NCBI RefSeq assembly: GCF_028641065.1
Contig: NC_073406.1
Span: 2,728,001-2,792,000, forward strand
DNA from: Leucoraja erinacea
Lineage: Eukaryota
Direction: 5' to 3'
Length of the DNA stretch: 64,000 bases
In this document: positions 38,100-47,700 of the stretch, in pieces
Numbering within the stretch: the stretch's first letter is position 1
Layout of the letters: every line of letters begins with the position of its first letter
Program-made: the position numbers and the translations under genes
The notes under the pieces: model-generated
What the model was told of the DNA's origin: nothing
Databases searched by the model: none
Seen by the model: the letters and a program-made list of their open reading frames with translations, nothing else

Positions 38100-38735
38100 A
38101 ACGTTCCACAAGGGGAATATTTCGGCGGCGGACGGAGTTTGAGGCGGAACGGGTTGTCATGGCGGCGGACGGAGATTGAGGCGGGACGGGTTGTCATGGC
38201 GGCGGAGGCGGAGGCTGAGGACGGGCCGGAATGGGACCAGTTCTTCTCGGACTGCGCGCCGCCGCCTAACGCGGCCGCCTCGGTGCGGGCGCTGGGCGAG
38301 TTCGCGGCGCAGCATGCGGAGCAGAGCAGGCGGCTGGTGCTGGTCACCTCGGGGGGAACTAAGGTGCCGCTGGAGTCGCGCACCGTGCGCTACCTCGACA
38401 ACTTCAGCAGCGGCTGGCGAGGCGCCGTGTCCGCCGAGCACTTCCTCCAGCTCGGCTACGCCGTGGTCTTCCTGCACCGGCAGCGCTCCCTCTTCCCCTT
38501 CTCCCGCCGCTACTCGGGCCTCAACCTGCTGGACGCTCTGAAGGCCGTGCTCGACGCCGGCACCGGCTGCTGGAGGGTGGAGGCTGACCAGGCCGCGCTG
38601 CCCGGCATCGTGCCAACGCTGCAGCGCTACGCCGCCGTCAGGGAGGCCGGACTCCTCCTGCCCCTCGAGTTCAGCACCTTGTCCGACTACCTGTACCTGC
38701 TCAGGGCGGCTGCCCAGGCCCTCCACCACAACGGT
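38100..38735. promoter_or_regulatory. CpG island over the PPCS start and exon 1
   Basis: High GC and CpG density compared with the CpG-depleted surroundings. Confidence 0.75.
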
Positions 38736-41700
38736 AGGCTAACATCATCCACAAGGATGGAGCGCAGAAGGTTAAGGGGGGACTTGATAGAGGTCTTTAA
38801 AATGATGAGAGGGATAGACAGAGTTGATGTGGACAAGCTTTTCCCACTGAGATAATGCATTTCGTTGTCTCTGTACTGTACACTGACAATGACAATTAAA
38901 ATTGAATCTGAATCTGAGTAGGGAAGGTTCAAACAAGAGGACATGACTTGAGAATTAAGGGACAGAAGTTTAGGGGTAACATGAGGGGGGATCTTCTTTA
39001 CTCAGAGAGTGGTAGCTGTGTGGAATGAGCTTCCAGTGGAAGTGGTGGAGACGGGTTCGATTTTATCATTTAAAAATAAATTGGATAGTTATATGGACGG
39101 GAAAGGAATGGAGGGTTATGGTCTGAGTGCACGTAGATGGGACTAGGGGAGAATAATTGTTCGGCACGGACTCGAAGGGCCGAGATGGCCTGTTTCCGTG
39201 CTGTAAATGTTATATGGTTATAAGGATACCCCCCCCAAAAAACGCTGCAGGAAGGAACTGCAGATGCTGGTTTAAACAGGAGAAGTAGACACAAAAAAGC
39301 TGGAATAACTCAGCGGAACGGGCAGCATCTCTGGACAGAAGGAATAGGTGACGTTTAGGGTCGAGACCCTTCTTCACGTCTGACCCCCGGAGTTACTCCA
39401 GCCTTTTGTGTCTATAAACTCTGAACATTCATGATCTGTTTATCAGTTTATCAGTTTATTTATGCATGTGTGTATTTACGTATATAATGGTCCATGGACA
39501 CATTGATCGAAGGGCCGAATGGCCTACTCCTGCACCTATTTTCTATGTTTCTATGTTTTGTAGTCAATGCCTACTATGTTCTGTTGTGCTGAAGCAAAGC
39601 AAGAATTTAATTGTCCTATCAGGGACACATGACAATAAACTCTTTTGACGACTTGACTATATCCTCATGTCTGAAGAAGGGTCTCGACCCCAAATGTCAC
39701 CCCATTCCTTCTCTCTAGAGATGCTGCCTGTCCCGCTGAGTTGCTCCAGCTTTTTGTGTCTATCCCCAAAAAAGCTGCAGTGGCTCTGCGGATTAACTAT
39801 CTTTGATCGGACTTTACTGGCTTTATCTTGCACTAAACGTTAATTCCATGATCATGCATTTTCAGTGTAAACCTGCATCTGCAGTTCCTTGTGAATCTTC
39901 TTGTTTGTGGCGTGCACAAGCTAAAGTTGTAAGTCAACTTGTTCTATTTGTTTGTGTACGCCGGGTTGATTGCATTGGCCGAAACAGGGTGGACCATGTG
40001 AAGGTTGCAATCTCCCACCCCGCTCCTTGGGAATGATGTGTAGGAAAGAACTGTGGATGCTAGTTTACACTGAAGATGTAAACTGAAGATGCTGGTTTAA
40101 AGTGAAGATAGAAAGTTCAAAATAAGTCATAGGAGCAGAATTAGGCTATTCAATCCATCGAGTCTATTCCGCTTTTCAATCATGGCTGATCGTTCCCTCT
40201 CAATCCCTTATCATATATCTTTGGTGTAAATTAGATCCACAGTTCCTTCCTACACACCATTCGCAAGAAACTGCAAATGGTGGTTTAAACCGATGATAGA
40301 CACAAAGTGCTGGAATAACTCAGCGGGTCAGGCGGCATCGCTGGAGAAAAGGAATAGGTAACGATTTGGGTCGAGATCCTTCTTCAGACCAAGAGCCACT
40401 ATATATGTATATATGTACGAGTCTGAAGAAGGGCTCTGACTTAAAACATCACCTATCCTTTTCGGCAGAGATGCTGTCTGACCCATGGCGTTACTCCAGC
40501 TTTTTATTTGTTTCTATCTTCAGTTTCAACCAGCATCTGCAGTTCCTGCCTACACATCATTCACAAGGAACTGCAGATGCTGGTTTACACCGAGGATACA
40601 TGATAAGGGAATAATGTTTAGTGCAAGATAAAGCCAGTAAAGTCCGATCAAAAATAGTCTGAAGGTCACCAATGAGGAAGATAGTAGTTCAGGACAACTA
40701 GTTGTGGTACACACAAAATGCTGGAGTAACTCAGCGGGACAGGCAGCATCTCTGGAGAAAGAATGGGTGACATTTCGGGTCGAGACCCTTCTTCAGGCTG
40801 ATGTCAGGGGAGGGGGCGGTACAAAGATAGAATGTAGGCGGAGACATTCTAGTTGTGCAAGAAGGAAGATAGACACAAAACGCTGGAGTAACTTCTTCTT
40901 CTTTCGTGTGGCGTGCACAGCCTAAAGTTGTTGGACAACTTGTTCTATTTGATCTTCCGTTTGTGCACGTCGAGTTGATTACATTAGTCAAAACAGGGCG
41001 GACCACGTGAAGGTTGCAATCTTCCACCCCGCTGGAGTAGCTCAGGGAGTCAGACAGGTTCTCTGGAGCAAAGGAATGGGTGACATTTCAGGTCGAGACA
41101 CCTAGAGTATTATATAAAGCATCATATGTTTATGAATAAAATAAGGACGTGCTGTTGGCAATAATATTCTTGTGATATCAGACCTGCAACGCTTTCATAG
41201 ACCAGTTGATGACTCATTAAAACGGGTGGATATTAAGAGTGAAATAGCACTTAGTCTGGTCTAAAGTAGGTGATATTTGATGAGGTTTTTTGCAATTTCC
41301 AATTTGAATATGGATTATTGCATTCTACTTTTCATTTGATATGCATTACCACTGAAAGGACGTATTGCTGCACTAACAAGTGTTACATTAAAGCATTTTC
41401 ACCAGCCAGATGTGATTAAAATTGTTATGTATTTCCTTTGATGTTGGTTCAGACTATGAGCTTCAATGAACTGATGCTGAAAATAAGGTGCTGAACAGAG
41501 AACAAATGTCAATAACTTGTGGGAGTTATTTAGTAGAATGAAGACTAATTTTCACAACTACTCTGCTGATATGCAGGTCAGGAGTATACTGGATAACCTG
41601 TGGTATGCCATTATTTTTTTTTATAGGACCAAAAGCCATGTTCTACCTCGCAGCAGCTGTGTCGGATTTCTTCATTCCCGCGTCAGAGATGCCCGAGCAC

Positions 41701-42443
41701 AAAATTCAGTCGGGGGCTAACCCTCTGCAGGTGATGTGAGCGTCTGACTACATCTGATATAGTTAAGAGATTATGAATAGGAATGGTTCAATGGATTCTT
41801 TATTGTCATGTGTACCATGTACAGTCATCTACATTTTAGCAAGACTATCCCTGTACATAAGCACAATCACCCCAGTCAGTACAGCATGCACAGAACAGCC
41901 CACTGAGTCCATATGCAAGAGGCAAAATTCCTACACCTTGATAACATTGACAACTTGGATTGAATTTATACGAGTTTTCATTTCCAGTTGGACTACCTCT
42001 TAAGTTTAAGAAAAGATTAACACTGAGATGCAACAAACCATTTTCCGAAAAATATTGTAATGTAATGGAAGGCATGGACATTGAAACATCTTTCTTGTAT
42101 TTTGTTTTAGCTAAGTATGCAAATGGTTCCCAAGATGCTGACTCCTCTAGTGAAGGACTGGGCTCCTCAAGCATTTGTCACATCCTTCAAGCTTGAGACG
42201 GATTCATCACAGCTGCTCGCTCGAGCTCGCAAAGCTTTAGCAACTTACAGACACCAGGTTGTTGTCGCCAATACACTTGAAACGCGGAGGGTGTACGTTC
42301 TCATCGTCACCGAGGACTCTCAGGTTGATATAAAACTTTCAGAGAACGAAGTGCAGCAACACCATGAAATTGAAGAGAAAATTGTGAAGCATTTGAGCGA
42401 ATGCCACACTAATTTTATAGAAAAGAGCAAAAGTCCCACGTAA
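38196..42443 (+). CDS. PPCS: Phosphopantothenate--cysteine ligase, 3 exons, 324 aa
   Basis: Exons 38196-38733 ([32 protein letters not shown]), 41627-41730 ([24 protein letters not shown]) and 42111-42443 ([22 protein letters not shown]). GT-AG introns, total 975 nt. AATAAA at 42482-42487. Confidence 0.95.
38755..39220 (+). mobile_element. CR1-type LINE 3' fragment with a small nested insertion (~38854-38915)
   Basis: Encodes [14 protein letters not shown]. Its 3' end GGCCGAGATGGCCTGTTTCCGTGCTG matches the HE1-like SINE tails. Confidence 0.8.
39897..40021 (-). mobile_element. ~125-nt retroposon, copy 1, with 5' HDV-like ribozyme
   Basis: Degenerate 13-bp TSD (39884-39896 / 40022-40034, 2 mismatches) and a short GAA tail. 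Homologous to 40891-41030. Confidence 0.8.
39968..40021 (-). ncRNA. Minimal HDV-like self-cleaving ribozyme (copy 1)
   Basis: GGGGTGG (P1) GA GATTGCA (P2) ACC (P3) TTCACAT (L3) GGT (P3') CCACCCT (P1') GT (P1.1) TTCGG CCAA (J4/2) TGCAATC (P2'). Confidence 0.8.
40891..41030 (-). mobile_element. ~140-nt retroposon, copy 2, with 5' HDV-like ribozyme
   Basis: Perfect 9-bp TSD GCTGGAGTA (40882-40890 / 41031-41039) abutting G1, and a (GAA)n tail. Confidence 0.85.
40977..41030 (-). ncRNA. Minimal HDV-like self-cleaving ribozyme (copy 2)
   Basis: GGGGTGG AA GATTGCA ACC TTCACGT GGT CCGCCCT GT TTTGA CTAA TGTAATC. All pseudoknot pairings are present and L3 UUCACGU matches the CPEB3 ribozyme loop. Confidence 0.8.
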
Positions 42444-43309
42444 GTAGACGGGGGATGAGTTACCATGGAAAAGCTGTATGAAATAAAAAGCTGCTGAAGT
42501 TATGGAACTAGATAATGAAATCTTGTAAATGTGAACAATGTCATCTGGGCGACCAGGCGTTCTGCTTAATGTTTTTTTTAAAACAAATTTAAAATTAACG
42601 TGACCTAGGCTAACACTAAAAGCAATCAGAAGCCACGCTTAAGAAGTTCCGCCTGATAAAAAGCAACGTGGCATTTTATTGGTAAATAGGTGAAACTTTC
42701 CATGACTAAAGGGAACACAATATTGGTATTTTTATTACTAGAATGCGCCAGTATAATTGGATGGGATTAAAAATATTAATATAGTCGGTGAAACAATGGG
42801 TTAATAAGTTGTGAACTTGTCAGAATTTTATAGTATCAATACTCAAAACGCTAGAAATGTTGTAGATTTGCTGAATGCAATTGTATATTTTTGCAATTTA
42901 ATTATTGTCATTACATATCACAGTTGTATTTAATTTGCATTCAGTTTAAATGGGTGAAATTAAAACATTCCTATCCATTCATTGCAATCTTTCCTCATCT
43001 TTGAGTTTTTAATGTTAGTTGAAGTGAGTGCACCAAGACAGATTGTTAAGATAGTACAGAGGAGGTATGGACTGGGGAGGGGGAGGAAGAATAACATTTT
43101 GTTTAGTATCCTTAATTCAACTTCAGCTCACTTGAAGCGTATCCATACAAGACAGCACAACCGTCCACAACTAACCATTGATTTAAAGATGCCATGTTGC
43201 TAAATTAATCTCCAAAACTCAACTTTTTAAAAGCACAAGTATAATTTTATTATGCCAAGTTCTGATGATTCTCAACTGGTGATATGCACTGGTTGAGATA
43301 TATTAATCA

Positions 43310-44345
43310 TCATTAGATACAGGTGAGGTGCTAGAAGACTGGAGGATGGTTAATGTTGTGCCTCTATTTAAGAAGGGCTTGGCTCTGGATAGACAGGCTG
43401 ATTAGGGATAGTCAGCATTGTTTAATATGTGGGAGAACATGTATCACAAATCTGATTGGAGTTTTTGAAGTAACTAAAAACGTTGATGAGGGCAAAGCTG
43501 TAGCCATTGTCTATATGGTATTTGGTAGGGTGCTCTGGAAGGTTAGATCGCATGGGATCCAGGGAGAGCTGGCAGACTTGAAAGACTGGATGGAGGCCTG
43601 TGACTAGTGGTGCCAGGTTTTGCTGCTGTGGATTATGTCAAAGATTTGGGTGAGAATGTACAAGGCATGATTAATAGGTGTTTTCCAGATAACAAAAGTG
43701 GGTAGCATAGTAGATAGTGAAGATGGTTATCAAAATTTGCAGCAGGATCTTGATCGGTTGTACAGGTGGGCCGAGGAATGGTTAATGGAGTTTCATACAG
43801 ATAAGTGTGAGGTGTTGTATTTTGGAAAGTCAGAGTATAGAGGTTGGGATGTTATGTTGCAGTTGTACAAGACATTGGAGCAATATGTTCCGTTTTAGTC
43901 ACCCTGTTACAGGAAGGATGGAAGCTGGAAGAATGCAGAGAAGATTTACAAGAATGTTGCCAGGATTCAAAAGCCTGAGCTATGGTGGGTGGTTGAGCAG
44001 GCTAGGGCTTTATTCCTTGGAGGATGAGGGATGATCAAGATCATGAGGGAAAAGATGGGGTAAAAATGCACAGTCATTTACCCAGAGCAGCAGATCAAGA
44101 ACTAGCGGACATAGGTTTAAGTTGAAAGAAGAACGTTTTTATAGGAACCCGAGGAGCAATTTTTTCCACAAAAGCTGGTGGGTATATGTAACGAGCTGCC
44201 AGCTGAGGCTGGTACTATCAACATTTTGGCAGTTACATGGATAGGAAAAGATTATAACGAGATGGGCCAAACACAGGCAAGTGGGACAAGTATAGAGGGG
44301 TCATCTTGGTCAGTTTGGGCCAAGGGGCCACTTTCCATGATGTAT
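43310..44345 (+). mobile_element. Old degenerate CR1-type LINE (RT region to 3' end)
   Basis: Fragmented RT motifs (SQHC..GRTCITNLI; LQQDLDRL..WAEEWLMEF..DKCEVL; RRFTRMLPG) spread across frames. Confidence 0.8.
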
Positions 44346-44750
44346 GAAACGGCAAATTGAAAAAGTTAAAACAACTTTCGGACATCGTCAACTATTGAGC
44401 ACTGCAAAATTTGAATGAATGCATCATTTAATTTAAGGGACTTTGCATTGTTGATATCTGCAATATTCAGACGGAGGAAAATTAATTGGTTCACCCATAC
44501 ACTAGATAAACAAGTGTATTGACCTTTCTAGGTACTAGCTCACAAGGAAGAGAACATACAATTGAATACACTATATAATTTAATAGTTTGTAATTACATT
44601 ATGTGCGAGTCCATTAGTTGGTACATCAGTTTTACTAACAATTTGCAAACAGTAAAAAAAGTATTTCATAAAAAAAACGAAATACTTTAGAGGCAGAGTA
44701 GGTGATCCATTAATTTCCAGGTTGAAGATGTTTGATCCTCAATGATAAGA

Positions 44751-47700
44751 TCAATGAAGCTTGACGCTCTTCTTAACTCCAGCCCGGATACCCGACAGCT
44801 CACCACCGTATCGGTGTTCCTCTCTCCGGACCTCACGCACCTGCAAAGGCAAAGTATACAAGGTGACATTAAGCAAGATCTCACTGAGAAACATACTGTG
44901 GGTTTATATGCCTTTAAATTTGGGGGTAATCTGAAATAAAACCCTACTTTGACATTTCTATAAGAACACGGAAAGGCACGGTGGCGCAGCCATAGAGCTG
45001 CTGCCTTACAGCACTAGAGAACCATGTTCGATCCCGACTACGGGAGCTGTCTGTATGGAGTTTGTACGTTCTCCCCATGACCTGTGTGGGTTTTCTCCAG
45101 GATCTCTGGTTTCCTCCTACACTCCAAAGAAGTCCAGATTTGTAGGTTAATTGGCTTGGTAGAATTGTAAATTGCCCCTGGTGTGCGGGGATCGCTGGTC
45201 GGCATGGACTCGGTAGGCCGAATGGCCTATTTCTGCGCTGTATCTCTGAAGGGCCTGTGCTGGCTTGAAGGGCCGAAACTCCTACGTTTCTAACTCGCAT
45301 GGGAGACTCAGAGCCACACTTCAAATGTTGATAGGACATTGATAACCCTTGATACCAACTACTTCACTTACCTGACCCTTCCGTCGGATGTTGGCTCGCC
45401 TGAACTTCTCCCTGTGCTTGACACGAGGATTACGATCAATCTTCTTCCTCCTGGGTGTCAGACCTCTATTCTTGGCCATCTGTGGGCCGGAGAAAGTTTT
45501 GTCACACATGGTTGCAATAAGTCGGAGAAATCGAGAACCAGAGGACATAGGTTTAAGGCGAGGGGGGGGAAAATATTTAACAGGAATCCGAGGGGTTACA
45601 TTTTCACACAAAGAATGGTGGTCGTATGGAATGATCTGCCAGAGGAGGTAGTTGAGGCCGCGACCATTGCACCGTTTAAGAAACATTAGACAAGTACATG
45701 AATAGGACAGGTTAGAGGGACAAGAGCCAAACACAGGCAGGTGGGACATGTTGGCCACTGTGGGCCTGTTTCCACGCTGTCAGACTCTATAACCGATTCT
45801 TTTATTTTAATAAAATATTCTGTGCAAAGCTATCCAAAACAATGTCCAACTAATCGAACTGAAACTCAGCAGATGGCCAGTCTGCAGCCTGTGTTTATTC
45901 ACAATGTTACATGGGTGGACATTCTAGTGAAAGACAGAGGCAGCAAGTGGAGGAATCATTAGGCCGCATGGTACTGTCAATCTGACACTGAATGCATGGT
46001 GTGTTACCATTCTATCGCCAGGGCACAGGTTCAATATTCTGCCGGGGGCAGAGGGAGGAAATGAACCAGATGTCACGATGCACATTTGCTACTGAGAACA
46101 TTAGGACGGTAGGAATTGGAGGTTCTAAAAAATAAATAAATCGGTTTCAGTAATTTCAGATTATGACTAACTTAAAAAAAAGTGAATGATCGATCTCAAT
46201 TAACAAACTTAAGGAACTACTCTTTTTTTAATATATAAAAAGGTCAAGATGGACTCAGAAAAAAAAAGTTTAGAATAGCCCCAAAGCAAAAAAAAAAAAA
46301 AAAGCAAACTAAAATATATTAAAACAAGATAGATACCTGATAAGTGATCTTTCTTTTTTCTTCTGCACCAAGCACCGTGTGTACCACAGCAGTGTTCTCA
46401 TTACTGAAACATAAAACCCATTATTAAAGGATTGGGACGCAAGTATTCAGGCGTGGAGCACCGACGTCTTAACGTTGCCACTTCTGGAGAAACGAGTAGG
46501 ACAGGATATTAAAAAACGGAATTTACCCTCCCAGCAAAAATGTTTCTGGAATTCTGTAGCTTATCAACTGGCTGATATTTTTGTCCGCATGTGGGCAGCA
46601 AATCAACACATTATTGAATGAGAACAAAACTTCTTCCCAAGCTCAAAAACACTTAAGCAGGTAGGATCTCCAAATTAAAGGAACCGAGACAATTACCAAT
46701 GAGAAACTTGAATTTAAAAGGAAACTAAATTCTAATAGAATAAATTAATTATTTCCTTTTTCTATTTTTCCATTTTTTCTAACTCGGTTCTTTCTCTGAT
46801 GCGCTGCAGTTGCAGCCTCACCATAGAATCAAACTGGAGAATTGTGTATAAATTAGAAAACGGAAAAAGGTTGTAGTTTACTCCATTCATAAAATGATTT
46901 AAAAACAAAGTGGGTTTGCAGATTACAATGCATGGCTTTTTAGCACGGTCCACAATTGTGACCACCAATAACACAGTGGACAAAACAGTCCCAGTTCTGA
47001 ATGTTGTGAGATAGTTACGTTCCAAACATCCGGAGCAGTTTTCTCTCTAATTTTCTCTTCGTTTTTTTTTTAAATTACACACGAGTTCCATAGTCTTTAT
47101 TCTAATGAAATGAAACCTTTGATATCTTGTTAATATCATTTTGAAAATCCATTTTCAACCACTGCATTTGTCTGTCATAGCCATTCATCTGCTCTGGAGT
47201 CAATTTGCCAGTGGCTTTGACTGTGTGAGACTCATGTTATACATATAATGCTTTCCACATTGGGGAGACACAGGAACTGCAGATGCCGGCTCACAAAAAG
47301 AGATAAAGTGCTGGAGTACACACATAAACAAGCCATACCTGTCCTCTTCCATTATTTTTCTCTTCTGGGATAGAATCCCCTTCATTTCTTTATGATACGG
47401 GATGCCTGCTTCATTAACCATATCATATTTCAAATCTTTGCCCACGACCTATATTAAAACATTAATCCCATATACTCAGGAACATGTGGAAAGGCACAAG
47501 AACATATCCTTGCAAAGCAATTCGAGAGAAAGATCCCCAATTTAACATTTAACTTGGAGAAAATCATTTTAATATTTCCAATTCATGTTATAATTGTAAA
47601 TTGAGACTACCACTTCCTAGCCTTGTATCCAAACTTTTGATTTTTTTTTTTCATTTAAAATTATAGATCGTGCGTATTGCAAGGAAGATCGGCATTAATT

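Noticed and set aside
38157-38729. 190-aa antisense ORF over PPCS exon 1
   Set aside because: A shadow ORF of a GC-rich coding exon.
38734-38855. Apparent PPCS-LINE fusion in ORF 38139-38855 ([14 protein letters not shown])
   Set aside because: Read-through past the exon 1 donor at 38734 into an intronic LINE fragment. The spliced PPCS frame is intact.
44975-45045. tRNA gene
   Set aside because: The A and B boxes belong to the tRNA-derived head of an HE1-like SINE, and there is no full cloverleaf.
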